38,887 bases of DNA. Source: an uncultured Methanosarcinales archaeon (GTDB taxonomy: Archaea > Nanobdellota > Nanobdellia > Woesearchaeales > SKGA01). A model generated the notes under the pieces. It was not told where the DNA came from. It did not search any database and saw only the letters and a list, made by a program, of their open reading frames with translations. Of the stretch, positions 28,006 to 37,496 are shown one piece after another. Position 1 is the stretch's first letter. Every line of letters starts with the position of its first letter. The stretch lies in contig CAZCGV010000003.1 in assembly GCA_964498515.1 (NCBI GenBank), forward strand, positions 1 to 38,887, given 5' to 3'. Made by a program: the position numbers and the translations under genes.

Positions 28006-29706
28006 CTAGAATAAACTAAGTTGTTGACCACATTGTTCGCGATCGTACAGCAAATTCTCTAATATTTCTACAATCACATTTACCGTTATGCTGTTTCCAG
28101 CTCTTTTGTACATTTGGCTATCGGAACTTGAATTATTAACAGCTTCAATAAAATCATTTAAGTATCTAAACGATTTATCAGTCATAGGTTTTTCTTTGAA
28201 GTGTTCTACCCACTCGTAATGCTTTTCTAAATCATTTATTGATTTTACTTTGAATTTTAAATCATATGCTAACACTGCTTTGTAATAATCTTCATCAGAA
28301 AACCCTTGTAGTCTGAAGCATTCTAGTGGTGTGAGTTTTCTGATTGATATACCAGTATGAATCATGTTATCTTTTTGAACGGTGCTTAAAGTATTGCAAA
28401 TACCGTCTGTTTTAGGTTCTAACTTTGTCATATTGTGCCTAGATTCTTCTATTTCTCCGTTTTCGTATGCTTTTCTGATGTTTTTACCGTATTCAGTTCT
28501 TTTTGGCACAAGAACATTAGGTTCTAACTTGACGACATAGTTATCTTTCTGAACACACGTAAGTGTATTCGATATACCTTCTTTGTTAATTTCTAACCGT
28601 TGCTCTAAATTATCATTGCCTGGACTTCTGTCAGAAGGATCGTTCTTGTCTCGCCCTCTTGATGCGCCTATCAAAACTTTTGGTTCTTGACCACCGCCCT
28701 GCATTGTTGATAGTGTTGGACTTAAACCATCAGCACTATACACTCTACCAGTTTGAGGATTCCCACCAAATGATTCTGAAGTGCTTATGTTTCCTACTTG
28801 CATGACCATATTATACTTATGTCCACCAACACCCTTGTGATATCTAGCGGTAACAGTCGAAGCAACTTCACAATCAAAATCAGTTATGCCAGCTTCATCC
28901 ATGCTTTTGAATTTTCCTTCAACAGAAGGTTTGTCTAGCTTGCAAGGAATTACAAAATTACCGTCAACAACACAACCTTCCCTGGTAGTAATTGTTTTAG
29001 CATAGCCATCCCCAAGCGTTGGGTTGAACAAATGCCCGTTTGATTCGTCGCTAGAAGTTTTCAAAAAAGATCTCAAAAGCTTTTCAGACAAATAATACTT
29101 TTGGTCAACCTCTTCTTCCAATAAATCCTTAAGCCTTTTTTCTAACTTAAACGGCTTTGGAAATTCAAATCTTTTGCCTTGATCGTACAAGTCGCTTCGT
29201 ATTGAAACTATAAATACACGTTCTCTGTTCTGAGGAATCCCATAGTCTTTAGTATTAAGCACTTTCCAGTAGTTGTAATATCCAAGTGATTCAAGATACC
29301 ATAACATGGCGTTAAAATCTTTCTTGGTGTCTCCGCTAGGCAAACCCTTAACGTTTTCCATGATTGCGTATTTAGGTCTAGACTTCTCTAAATGTTGCAT
29401 GGCTGCGTAGAATAGATTGCCTTTGTCTACTGTTGTTCCTTCTCTTTTTCCTGCAATGCTAAATGTTTGGCATGGTGGAGAGTAAAAGAATATATCAACA
29501 GGACAAGCCGGCGCTTCTTTGGTTATATCCCACAAGTTTAAATCCTCAGATACTTCATGTATTGCACTAAACGCATTACTTGCGTACTTGTCTATTTCCC
29601 AAAATCTTTTTAACTCACATGTATCACCATGGCGTTCTGTTACTATTTTCATAGCCTTACCCCATGCACCTATACCTCCAAACGCTTCACTGTATGTATA
29701 ATTCAT
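28006..29706 (-). CDS. DNA (cytosine-5) methyltransferase with an oversized target-recognition region
   Basis: Motif I FGGIGAWG, IV PPCQTFS, VI ENVKGL, VIII QNRERVFIV, IX RKLTPLECFRLQGF and X AGNSITVNV. About 280 aa lie between motifs VIII and IX. Confidence 0.95.
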   Translation of the reverse strand: MNYTYSEAFGGIGAWGKAMKIVTERHGDTCELKRFWEIDKYASNAFSAIHEVSEDLNLWDITKEAPACPVDIFFYSPPCQTFSIAGKREGTTVDKGNLFYAAMQHLEKSRPKYAIMENVKGLPSGDTKKDFNAMLWYLESLGYYNYWKVLNTKDYGIPQNRERVFIVSIRSDLYDQGKRFEFPKPFKLEKRLKDLLEEEVDQKYYLSEKLLRSFLKTSSDESNGHLFNPTLGDGYAKTITTREGCVVDGNFVIPCKLDKPSVEGKFKSMDEAGITDFDCEVASTVTARYHKGVGGHKYNMVMQVGNISTSESFGGNPQTGRVYSADGLSPTLSTMQGGGQEPKVLIGASRGRDKNDPSDRSPGNDNLEQRLEINKEGISNTLTCVQKDNYVVKLEPNVLVPKRTEYGKNIRKAYENGEIEESRHNMTKLEPKTDGICNTLSTVQKDNMIHTGISIRKLTPLECFRLQGFSDEDYYKAVLAYDLKFKVKSINDLEKHYEWVEHFKEKPMTDKSFRYLNDFIEAVNNSSSDSQMYKRAGNSITVNVIVEILENLLYDREQCGQQLSLF

Positions 29707-29728
29707 ACAAACAACCTCCTTTTCTCAC

Positions 29729-29757
29729 ACTATATCACATACTGTCACAATATACAA
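29729..29757 (-). promoter_or_regulatory. SigA-type promoter of the C5 methyltransferase gene (sister of 26995-27023)
   Basis: The minus strand reads TTGTAT, a 17-nt spacer, then TATAGT. The spacer carries TCACATAC and TCACAATA repeats (plus strand 29735-29742 and 29745-29752). Confidence 0.55.
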
Positions 29758-29761
29758 GAGT

Positions 29762-29793
29762 AAAAAAGGGAAATGTTTTACCAAATCCCTTTT
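29762..29793 (-). terminator. Terminator-like hairpin directly after the portal gene
   Basis: Stem aaaggga/tcccttt, a 14-nt loop and a T-run on the minus strand. Confidence 0.5.
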
Positions 29794-29797
29794 AACT

Positions 29798-31207
29798 CTA
29801 TGCTAAAGGTTCAGCCATTGGTTCAATTTTACCTAGTGCCTCTTTTGCTTGTTCTTCTGTTTCGCCAAACCTCTTCATACGATATTCAACCTTTGAGATA
29901 ACACCCATGCCCAATTCTAATTGATAACGGACTATCTCAGCAGCTTTATCCTCTACCACCGAATCATCAAATACGACTTCTACATTATAATCCAAATTAC
30001 CGATATCGCCATGTAGTATCCCAATGGTCATGATAATGTCCACCAATTCCTCAAAATTCTTCTTTAGTGCCTTTTCATGCTTAACTTTAGTCCTATATGT
30101 CTTGCTGTTCTCAGATACAACCTCAGTGGCAGTTTTTAAACCTTCACCTGCATCAAATGTTATGAATCCTGCGGAGAATCCTGTTTGAATACACAGTATG
30201 TTGAGTAGTGCGTTAATAGCTGCAACGTGCTCTTCTACTCTTAGGACTTGGGTATCGTCTTTTACAGGTGCATCATTGCCATCCAGGTTAATACCCTCGT
30301 ATACATCGACATTAGGGTCAAAGTATCGACTTACCGCACCAGTTTGTGGGTCGACCACAGGCTTTAAAGCATGAGCAGGAACAACAATCCTTTTCTTTCC
30401 TAGTACAAACTCCCTTTGGAAACTGTCAAAAGCAATATCTAGTGATTTAATTGTGTCTAGTGAGTTACCGAATAAGCTGACACCCAATGGTGTATCCATA
30501 TCGAAGTTATTGCCGATATTAGGTTTCGTATAACTGAATAAAGACCTTTTTGCGTTCTCGATGATGATGATCTCGTCTAAATCAGGATATAATTCTTTGA
30601 GATCCACTTGGATTCCCTGCTGATTGCCCGAATCTTTCCTTCTCTTGAATAATTTGTTTTCAATCATGGCGTTAGTGCCATCGAATGAGTGTTGCTCTGC
30701 TAGGGTGTAAATATATTTATCTTTGTATGTGTTAGTTAAGAACATACCCTCTGTGATTGTGGTGTTGGTCCACTTGGTAGGGATGAACTTATCGGCAGCC
30801 ATGAAGTCGATTACTGTTCTATCGTTTTCCCTGCGTCCTTTATTGATTGCGCCGCCAATAGCAAACATGTACTCGATTAATTCTGATTGATTGATTTGAA
30901 ATCCGTTTTGCTTTAAGACCTCTTTAACATATGTGTCAACCTGTTCATTATCTATGTTGATTTCAACCTTTTCTGAGAATACAAGAGAAGAGGCCTCGGC
31001 ACATAATAACTTAGCAACTTGCATGGATGCCATAGTCCTTGTTCCACCTTGTAGAGTGTTCAGTTTGTGCCATTCCTCATAATACCCTTGATACACTTGT
31101 TTCCATACGCCAATATACTTGGTATAATAACTTTGATCTACATCTACCGATGGGACAACCTTCTTAGCTATGCCAAACAGTAGTTTTATAAAGTCTAGTA
31201 TCTTCAT
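29798..31207 (-). CDS. Portal protein (SPP1 gp6-like)
   Basis: 469 aa, directly after terL. The sequence is consistent with the SPP1-type portal family. Confidence 0.85.
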   Translation of the reverse strand: MKILDFIKLLFGIAKKVVPSVDVDQSYYTKYIGVWKQVYQGYYEEWHKLNTLQGGTRTMASMQVAKLLCAEASSLVFSEKVEINIDNEQVDTYVKEVLKQNGFQINQSELIEYMFAIGGAINKGRRENDRTVIDFMAADKFIPTKWTNTTITEGMFLTNTYKDKYIYTLAEQHSFDGTNAMIENKLFKRRKDSGNQQGIQVDLKELYPDLDEIIIIENAKRSLFSYTKPNIGNNFDMDTPLGVSLFGNSLDTIKSLDIAFDSFQREFVLGKKRIVVPAHALKPVVDPQTGAVSRYFDPNVDVYEGINLDGNDAPVKDDTQVLRVEEHVAAINALLNILCIQTGFSAGFITFDAGEGLKTATEVVSENSKTYRTKVKHEKALKKNFEELVDIIMTIGILHGDIGNLDYNVEVVFDDSVVEDKAAEIVRYQLELGMGVISKVEYRMKRFGETEEQAKEALGKIEPMAEPLA

Positions 31208-31216
31208 ATAGCCCCC

Positions 31217-32647
31217 TTATAATTTAAGATTATACTTTCTTAGATTCATTATAACACCATACTGCAAGGCATCACATGTATGTTCTGCGTAAAACTTAGG
31301 CGTACACTTTGAATGTGTGTTGAAATACGGCATTTTTAGTTGACGTTCTCTTTTATCGGGAACTGGCTTTCTCGCCTCAACACTTCCTTCTAACCATTCA
31401 TAGGTACGATGTTCTAATAAGAATATAGCGTTGTTAGGTCTGTTAAGTACACAGAACCTTCCAGTTGCCAATAAAGTCTCAACGTTATCTATCATTACCT
31501 CTTTATCAGATTTATTTACTGGTGCAAGCCATATACCGTAATCTTTAAAAAATTGATTTCTTAACGCACCCTCTGCCGAGTCGATAACCATTGTGTCTTG
31601 TCTCGCTCTCCACTCTTTACAGCAAAACTGAGTAAAATCCCATAGGTCATTTGACAGTTCGCTTGGTGCTTTCTTTACTGCGTTGCCATTAGGAGAATAG
31701 TAATAGGTATCTAATAGCACTATACGACCTTTATTCGTTAACCCTACGCATAAATAAGTAGACGCTGACACCATATGTCCTGTGTCTGCGAATATATCCA
31801 TAAATATAACAAATTCGTCACCGTCTAAATTGTCGATCACGTTAATTAAGTCAGAATTGTATATTAAGCCCTCTAAACCTGTTACCAATGCGAGGTATAT
31901 ATGGTCATATCTCTGTGGGTCATTCTTTTTAAGTTCTTCAGCTTGTTGTATAAATATAGGTCCTAACCAATCAGCAGGTACCGTTGTATAATCGCTATGA
32001 CTATGAAGCACATCGGGGCGACTTTTCATTTCTTCGCACCATTCGTTAACCCAGTGGTATTTATTCTTTGGTGGGTTGTATTCGTACAGTACGAAGAAGT
32101 AGTCTTTGAGACCCCTTGAAAATGTGGCTACAGTCTGAAGGATATCCTCTTCCTCTTTTATCTCTGTAATCTCAGATAGCCACACTATTTTTATAGAGTC
32201 TTTTTCTACATTCTCTACAACATCATCATAGTCAAGTGACTCTGTTAATGTTTCGGGTGTTATCTTTGATTCATCGGCAACCATGCCCTTCAGTTTATCG
32301 CTGTCGTCTAAACCACCAAAATAGATTGTATTACCATTAATTAGATTCACTATCTTCATAGGGGATACATAACATTTATAGTGGATGCCATCAGTAAGTC
32401 CTAATCTTCCTAGTGCTTTTTTAATCTCAGCATATACAGATTGTCTAAGGGTGTTCTTGTGTCGTCTTATAACAACAATATTACAATTATCATCAGCTAC
32501 AAATCTTTCTGCAACTCTCAGTGCATTCCTAGAAGTCTTAGTTGACCCCCTGCCACCCTCGAATATTTGATGAACCTTCTTGCTGTTAAAGTCGTTGTGG
32601 AAGTGTGGGGCGATTAAACTCGACAAACTAGGCATCTTTATCACCAC
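31217..32647 (-). CDS. terL: Terminase large subunit (PBSX / Terminase_3-like)
   Basis: The Walker A-like motif is FEGGRGSTKTS. A C-terminal nuclease region is present. It overlaps terS. Confidence 0.9.
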   Translation of the reverse strand: MVIKMPSLSSLIAPHFHNDFNSKKVHQIFEGGRGSTKTSRNALRVAERFVADDNCNIVVIRRHKNTLRQSVYAEIKKALGRLGLTDGIHYKCYVSPMKIVNLINGNTIYFGGLDDSDKLKGMVADESKITPETLTESLDYDDVVENVEKDSIKIVWLSEITEIKEEEDILQTVATFSRGLKDYFFVLYEYNPPKNKYHWVNEWCEEMKSRPDVLHSHSDYTTVPADWLGPIFIQQAEELKKNDPQRYDHIYLALVTGLEGLIYNSDLINVIDNLDGDEFVIFMDIFADTGHMVSASTYLCVGLTNKGRIVLLDTYYYSPNGNAVKKAPSELSNDLWDFTQFCCKEWRARQDTMVIDSAEGALRNQFFKDYGIWLAPVNKSDKEVMIDNVETLLATGRFCVLNRPNNAIFLLEHRTYEWLEGSVEARKPVPDKRERQLKMPYFNTHSKCTPKFYAEHTCDALQYGVIMNLRKYNLKL

Positions 32648-33155
32648 CTGGAAGGTCGTTGTATATGTTTACTACAGGAATGTTGCTCGACTTTTCATCA
32701 ATTAGCTTTGTATATTCACTAAGGAACTGCAATGCTTTTGTTTTATCGTACAGCTTTACCTCTATACCGTTTGCACCTTGCTTAATAGATGATACAGCCC
32801 TAATATCAAAATCAGAAATGCTTCCAGTTTCTTTCAGCACACATTCCATTCCTTGTGGACCATCTACTATCTCAGCGTAATTAGTGACCTTTGAAAACGC
32901 TATCGCTTTCCATTCTCTTAAGATTTCTTTGGCTTCGATAATACATTCATTTTCTGCTTCTGTCACTATTCTGTCCCTAATTTCGTTGTACCTTGTCCGT
33001 ACCTTGTCGTCAGCAAAAAGCCTACTGGCCTTCTCGTCTATTGTTTTATCGGTCATTTTACCGCATTTAAAAGCAGCTTTATAGGCTTTTCTTTGACTAA
33101 GACCTTTTATTAAGTTTTGGACAAACTCTTCTCTCTGCTTATTAAGCCTAATCAA
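32628..33155 (-). CDS. terS: Terminase small subunit (Terminase_2-like)
   Basis: LNKQREEFVQNLIKGLSQRKAYKAAF..DEKASRLFADDKVRTRYNEI follows the typical pattern. Confidence 0.8.
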   Translation of the reverse strand: MIRLNKQREEFVQNLIKGLSQRKAYKAAFKCGKMTDKTIDEKASRLFADDKVRTRYNEIRDRIVTEAENECIIEAKEILREWKAIAFSKVTNYAEIVDGPQGMECVLKETGSISDFDIRAVSSIKQGANGIEVKLYDKTKALQFLSEYTKLIDEKSSNIPVVNIYNDLPGGDKDA

Positions 33156-33241
33156 TCAAATCACCTTCTTTATACCTCGTGTTCCCGTTAGGGACGACTG
33201 GCATTTTTATATTGCAATTACTGGATAGTTAAAAATTTAAC

Positions 33242-33469
33242 TTAGTGCAAATACACATGGTTTTCTGCGTTCAGAAGTTCCATTTCGTCTATTACACTTT
33301 TAGCAATGCACAATGTTCCGTTTTCTTCGACAATGCAGTTGCTTTCACTGGTGAATATAACGCCCACGTGATTGGCAACTATAATATCACAATCAATTTT
33401 GCTTTCTTCTACCTGCATACTTACCAATACTTTTCTAGTTTCTAATTCATATACAATTAATTCTTGCAT
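33242..33469 (-). CDS. Hypothetical 75-aa protein
   Basis: ORF upstream of terS in the late operon. Confidence 0.55.
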   Translation of the reverse strand: MQELIVYELETRKVLVSMQVEESKIDCDIIVANHVGVIFTSESNCIVEENGTLCIAKSVIDEMELLNAENHVYLH

Positions 33470-33731
33470 CTAAACCCTCACCCCTTTATTAATATTAACA
33501 TAACGCTCTTTATTAACCCTGTTCTTTAGCCTTGTAAACTCTTTTTCACTCAGCAACCTACGTGCAGACTCTTTAAGATACAGCTTACCAGGCATCAAAC
33601 CTTTGCGTAATAAGCACATAATGTTGTTACACGTTCTTTTACTTATAAAATGTGCGTGTGTTCCGTTGTCTTTGTTAATTACGATCCAACCGTCTTGGGC
33701 CTCTTTCTTTAATAAGTTTCAACACGATCAT
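33470..33731 (-). pseudogene. Small gene split by a +1 frame change (indel, pseudogene or non-canonical start)
   Basis: The frame with an RBS and start (MIVLKLIKERGPRRLDRN*) stops after 18 codons. The +1 frame continues as ..KKEAQDGWIVINKDNGTHAHFISKRTCNNIMCLLRKGLMPGKLYLKESARRLL..VRV* with no ATG, GTG or TTG until codon 32. Confidence 0.35.
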
Positions 33732-33741
33732 CCTCTATACT

Positions 33742-33750
33742 ATTATACCA
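33742..33750 (-). promoter_or_regulatory. Extended -10 element (TGgTATAAT) for the packaging/late operon
   Basis: It lies immediately after the 33765-33794 terminator. The -35 is poor. Confidence 0.4.
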
Positions 33751-33764
33751 TAATTCCACGCACG

Positions 33765-33794
33765 AAAAAACCGCCATCACACAAATAGCGGTTT
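33765..33794 (-). terminator. Intrinsic terminator
   Basis: The minus strand reads aaaccgc-tatttgtgtgatg-gcggttt followed by tttt. Confidence 0.65.
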
Positions 33795-33856
33795 TTCTTA
33801 GGTTAAAAATTATGGAATGTCACACGAAAATATTTAAACATGGAGGATGTTTGTCT
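33765..33856 (-). ncRNA. Candidate ~90-nt small RNA with a CCUCC hairpin loop
   Basis: It has its own promoter (33863-33891) and terminator and no ORF. The hairpin AAACAU-CCUCC-AUGUUU lies at 33836-33852. Confidence 0.3.
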
Positions 33857-33862
33857 ATAGAC

Positions 33863-33891
33863 ATTATATCATATGATTAATCTGTTGGCAA
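33863..33891 (-). promoter_or_regulatory. Strong SigA-type promoter just after the 33900 stop codon
   Basis: The minus strand reads TTGCCA, a 17-nt spacer, then tgaTATAAT. Confidence 0.6.
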
Positions 33892-33899
33892 TTATTTGT

Positions 33900-34094
33900 T
33901 TAGCATCTGACAGCTAGAATTTTCATTTTTGTGTCCTTCTCGAGCGTAGACAAAATTTCATTAAATTTAATCTGAGGCATTTTACGACTACATTCATCTT
34001 CTAACCATTCTTTCGATATATCATCAATTTCTTTGTGGTCTTTAGTTTTAAAACTCTTAATAGGCAGCGCCTCACCGTTCCAGTTTGTATACAT
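33900..34094 (-). CDS. Hypothetical 64-aa protein
   Basis: The start was moved to the ATG at 34094, which follows a gaggagg RBS. The N-terminal 20 aa of the track ORF overlap the upstream gene. Confidence 0.6.
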   Translation of the reverse strand: MYTNWNGEALPIKSFKTKDHKEIDDISKEWLEDECSRKMPQIKFNEILSTLEKDTKMKILAVRC

Positions 34095-34095
34095 G

Positions 34096-34323
34096 TTAAT
34101 CCTCCTCGTCACTTTCGTATTTACCATAACTAAAATAATCCAATGATTTACCACATTCCATACAAACTATTTCCCCTTCTACAAATGAAGGAACGCCACA
34201 AATTTCATCGTGATATTCATTTTCGTGCTTTACTTGTTCACAACCGCACTCGCACTTGTAACTCTTTTCATTATTTAAATGGTACATCGTTTCCCAATTA
34301 ACATATTCTTCTTTACTATTCAC
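34096..34323 (-). CDS. Cys-rich zinc-ribbon-like protein (75 aa)
   Basis: GTG start at 34323 after a ggagggg RBS. Contains CECGC..C..CMEC. Confidence 0.55.
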   Translation of the reverse strand: MNSKEEYVNWETMYHLNNEKSYKCECGCEQVKHENEYHDEICGVPSFVEGEIVCMECGKSLDYFSYGKYESDEED

Positions 34324-34337
34324 CCTTACCCCTCCAT

Positions 34338-34535
34338 CTATAAAGGCTCTGCATTTCTCCAAAACGCATTACACACTCTGCATTCTTCACACTCTTCTTC
34401 TGTTGACGCGTCCATTAGCCCTAAACAAAAAACCCTTTTATCGAGTTCGCCGTATTCGTTTGTGGTGGGTGAAGCTTTATAGCACTCTCTATCGAGCCGT
34501 TTTCCTCTCATTATCGCTCTGCCTTTTAAACTCAC
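34338..34535 (-). CDS. Cys-rich small protein (65 aa)
   Basis: GTG start after a ggagggg RBS. Contains C..C..CEECRVC. Confidence 0.55.
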   Translation of the reverse strand: MSLKGRAIMRGKRLDRECYKASPTTNEYGELDKRVFCLGLMDASTEEECEECRVCNAFWRNAEPL

Positions 34536-34537
34536 TT

Positions 34538-35194
34538 CTACCCCTCCAACTCTTTTAACTCTGCTTCATAGCTGTTAATAAGCATCTTTTTATTCTCTGC
34601 TACCTCTTGGGCGTCAAATAGATCCTTTTTGGTTTCTTCGATAAGTTTGTTTAACTCGTCAATGCGTTTTTGATTTGGGTTTACTTCTGTAAGTTTAAGT
34701 TCGGTAGCGTCATTTAATCTAATTAACGATAACTCCCATCCTTCGTCACAATGATCATAAAAAGCTTCGTATCCTCTTTTAGTTTTTCTGAACTTGTTTC
34801 CGTATTGGTCGATGTATTGTTTCCCTTCTTCCAACTCACTAATAGTCAGGTATTCTTTGTATGGTTCAAACTTACCAAATGCTTTTTCTAATTCATCCAA
34901 TGTTCTAATTCCATGCAGATGCAATTCATAACAACTTCCGTAGTTAAATTCAACAACTTGTCCTCTAGAAAGCGCATCTCCTCCAACCCACTTAAACTTA
35001 CCATTCAACATACCACCATCCTCTTTCTCTCTAAAATATTCCGCTAGGTAATTCCTAGTTACGCCGTTATCACCTACAATTTTGTATTTCTTGTTAAAAA
35101 GTTCTAATCCGTGTTCTTTGTCTATAACCTTCAAAACTGGATAACTAACACCCTTCTTTAATGTCTTAGAATCTATTAAGCTTATAACGTTCAT
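34538..35194 (-). CDS. Hypothetical 218-aa protein with a C-terminal coiled coil
   Basis: Long ORF with tight gene packing. No family recognised. Confidence 0.7.
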   Translation of the reverse strand: MNVISLIDSKTLKKGVSYPVLKVIDKEHGLELFNKKYKIVGDNGVTRNYLAEYFREKEDGGMLNGKFKWVGGDALSRGQVVEFNYGSCYELHLHGIRTLDELEKAFGKFEPYKEYLTISELEEGKQYIDQYGNKFRKTKRGYEAFYDHCDEGWELSLIRLNDATELKLTEVNPNQKRIDELNKLIEETKKDLFDAQEVAENKKMLINSYEAELKELEG

Positions 35195-35195
35195 A

Positions 35196-35453
35196 TTACC
35201 TCCTAACAGTAGTCTTGCCGTCTTTGTAGTAAAACTTACCTTCTTCGGTTTGATATAAGTCTTGACTTAACTGTGCTTTTCTTTCTGATTCCTTCTGTCT
35301 TGAAATCCTTTTGAGAATATCTACAACTTTTTCACCTGATAAATTATCTGTTTTTACCTCAAGGCCATTATCAACTATGTTTTCAGCTTCTAATATAGAG
35401 TAGCCACTTTCCCATAGTTCATTGATTTTATGGTCCCTTACTTTGCTATCCAT
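35196..35453 (-). CDS. Hypothetical 85-aa protein
   Basis: ORF in the early operon. Confidence 0.6.
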   Translation of the reverse strand: MDSKVRDHKINELWESGYSILEAENIVDNGLEVKTDNLSGEKVVDILKRISRQKESERKAQLSQDLYQTEEGKFYYKDGKTTVRR

Positions 35454-35622
35454 TGGCGCTACCGGTTACATGGTCGTATGCCTTTTTAACCATCTGCTCA
35501 TAAGAATCACCATGAAATCGTTTTGAATCCATTGGACCGTTTTTCCATACGCTTATATGCTTGTTAGTTAATTGGAATTTATAGCCCGACTTTTCTATTC
35601 TTTCTAAGTATTCATTCATCAT
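35446..35622 (-). CDS. Hypothetical 58-aa protein (trimmed from the 99-aa track ORF)
   Basis: The ATG at 35622 follows an aaaggaag RBS. The upstream part of the track ORF overlaps a better-looking TM-peptide ORF in another frame. Confidence 0.5.
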   Translation of the reverse strand: MMNEYLERIEKSGYKFQLTNKHISVWKNGPMDSKRFHGDSYEQMVKKAYDHVTGSANG

Positions 35623-35624
35623 TA

Positions 35625-35750
35625 TCAACACTTCCTTTTCTGTGTATCTCTTAACCATTCGTAGTACATAAATCTCAACATGAATAATGCGTAACCACAT
35701 AATGCTAATACAATAAGTACCGATAACATTGCCGTTTGATTCCAAGTCAT
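35625..35750 (-). CDS. Possible 41-aa single-TM peptide
   Basis: MTWNQTAMLSVLIVLALCGYALFMLRFMYYEWLRDTQKRKC has a hydrophobic core and a basic tail. A ggggtga RBS lies 4 nt upstream. Confidence 0.35.
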   Translation of the reverse strand: MTWNQTAMLSVLIVLALCGYALFMLRFMYYEWLRDTQKRKC

Positions 35751-35760
35751 TTAATCACCC

Positions 35761-36576
35761 CTAAAACAAACTAAGTTGTTGATCAATTTGTTCTATATTG
35801 ACCATTTTTTCTTTTGCTTCTTTGTAAAATTTCTTTTCTATTTCAAAACCATAACTATGACGACCTAATTCATAAGCAGCTCTTAACGTTGAGCCACTAC
35901 CAGCGCATGGGTCTATTACAACGTCACCAACATCTGTAAAAATTTCAATCAATTCTTTTAGGTTAGCAACAGACTTTTGAGTTGGATGGCATTTCGGATA
36001 CATTTTTTTATCGTCTTTCTTCCACTCAAACCAGTTTTTAATCATCTTACCCGTTCCACGTATGTTTTTTTCATTTTCATCAGTTTGAACACCGTTTCTA
36101 AACTTCGGCAACTTATCACGGTATAAAACGACCGCAAATTCAGTAGCGCCAACAATTTTCATGTTAGCCTTTAATACTTGCGGAGAAGTATTTTTAATAA
36201 AGAAAATAGGATAACTGTTATTGAATCCGTGTTTCTTTCCGTATTCCTCCACTATAGGTATTTGTTGAAACGCACAAAACACAATCATTGCTGGTGCTTG
36301 ATTCTTTCCTTTTGGCTCTTTTTTAAGAAGTTTACTGCAAAAGTGCATATATTCAGCAAGATTAAAATTTTCGTCAGTTTTAAAAAAAGATTTTCCTGCC
36401 TTGTCGCTTTCACCGTTTTTGTTCTCCCCACCTACATACCATTCGGTCGAAGAACCATAAGCGTTTTTTCCTAAGTTATATGGTATGTCCGCTATAACCA
36501 ATTGCGCCTTTGGTATTCCATAACGTTTAAAATTCTGAAAATGATCATGATGTAATTCTAATTTAGTATTTTTCAC
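35761..36576 (-). CDS. DNA methyltransferase, N6-adenine/N4-cytosine type (N6_N4_Mtase, beta class)
   Basis: The catalytic motif is VIADIPYN, a DPPY variant. The AdoMet motif VIDPCAGSGSTLRAAYELGR lies near the C-terminus. Confidence 0.9.
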   Translation of the reverse strand: MKNTKLELHHDHFQNFKRYGIPKAQLVIADIPYNLGKNAYGSSTEWYVGGENKNGESDKAGKSFFKTDENFNLAEYMHFCSKLLKKEPKGKNQAPAMIVFCAFQQIPIVEEYGKKHGFNNSYPIFFIKNTSPQVLKANMKIVGATEFAVVLYRDKLPKFRNGVQTDENEKNIRGTGKMIKNWFEWKKDDKKMYPKCHPTQKSVANLKELIEIFTDVGDVVIDPCAGSGSTLRAAYELGRHSYGFEIEKKFYKEAKEKMVNIEQIDQQLSLF

Positions 36577-36794
36577 TTCTTCACCTTCTCCGCTTCAAAT
36601 TCATCAGGATACTTCCCAAAAACCTTCTTAATCCCATGATTAGTAACTACATAAGATTGCCCTGCTTGCATGTACTGTTTTTCTGTCAACGTCCCATCTT
36701 CAATAGCATTACTTATCTTTCTTCTAGTTTGTCTTTGAGAAAAACCAGTAATTTCAGCTATTTCTACACTATTGTATACTCTACCAAATAACAT
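36573..36794 (-). CDS. Small HTH DNA-binding protein, first gene after the consensus promoter
   Basis: VEIAEITGFSQRQTRRKISNAIEDG is HTH-like. Confidence 0.6.
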   Translation of the reverse strand: MLFGRVYNSVEIAEITGFSQRQTRRKISNAIEDGTLTEKQYMQAGQSYVVTNHGIKKVFGKYPDEFEAEKVKK

Positions 36795-36826
36795 TCAACT
36801 CACTTCCTTTCGTCCTTTATAGGTAA

Positions 36827-36855
36827 ATTATAAGCCCTTATTTGGTCATTGTCAA
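36827..36855 (-). promoter_or_regulatory. Consensus SigA promoter
   Basis: The minus strand reads TTGACA (36850-36855), a 17-nt spacer, then TATAAT (36827-36832). Confidence 0.7.
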
Positions 36856-36865
36856 CACTTTTTCA

Positions 36866-36894
36866 AAATAAAAAGAGACTTTTTCAAGCCTCTT
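36866..36894 (-). terminator. Intrinsic terminator after rusA
   Basis: The minus strand reads aagaggc-ttgaaaa-agtctctt with one G-U pair, followed by a U-rich tract. Confidence 0.55.
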
Positions 36895-36898
36895 AAAA

Positions 36899-37360
36899 TT
36901 ATACATCTTTCACCTCTATATGCTTTCTGTAAACATCTAGTTTCTTTTCCGACAAGTCAATTCTTTGAAGTATGCGTTCGTATTCATTTTTTACCGCTGG
37001 GTATTCATAGATAATTAATTCAACGCTCCCATCTTTATTACTTCGGTCCAGCAGGAACACATCATCAAAGAAAACTTGTTTCTTTCCATCACCTTCAATA
37101 ATATTTAACTTCTGCATTGCATCTAGTACATATTTATGAGCGCTCGACACGTTATCATCATCACGCATATTATCAGGCTCTTTCCAAATAAATAATATAC
37201 CTATACGTTCGAAATTTGCCTTGCATTGGCTTTTTAATTCCCACGCGATAAAATCCTCGATGTCATTCTTAAAGTTCTGTCCTTGATACTTATTTGACTT
37301 TAATTTGTTGATAAACTGATTTAACGATGGCAACTTGTTTGATATTTTAACTTTTTTCAT
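36899..37360 (-). CDS. rusA: RusA-like Holliday junction resolvase
   Basis: PDNMRDDDNVSSAHKYVLDAMQKLNIIEGD matches the RusA catalytic Asp cluster. The size (153 aa) also fits. Confidence 0.75.
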   Translation of the reverse strand: MKKVKISNKLPSLNQFINKLKSNKYQGQNFKNDIEDFIAWELKSQCKANFERIGILFIWKEPDNMRDDDNVSSAHKYVLDAMQKLNIIEGDGKKQVFFDDVFLLDRSNKDGSVELIIYEYPAVKNEYERILQRIDLSEKKLDVYRKHIEVKDV

Positions 37361-37496
37361 CGTTCACCATATCAGTTGTTGTCCTTTCCATCTTCTCAAG
37401 AGTTCTTAAAACCCTAACCTTCTGCTTCTCTTCCAAATCATCAGTAGCACATACACACCCTATAGCTACGTGAATAGCTTCTAAATGATCACTCAT
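37347..37496 (-). CDS. Small hypothetical protein, 49 aa (below the cutoff)
   Basis: MSDHLEAIHVAIGCVCATDDLEEKQKVRVLRTLEKMERTTTDMVNDEKS. It fills an otherwise empty 130-nt gap and overlaps both neighbours. Confidence 0.4.
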   Translation of the reverse strand: MSDHLEAIHVAIGCVCATDDLEEKQKVRVLRTLEKMERTTTDMVNDEKS

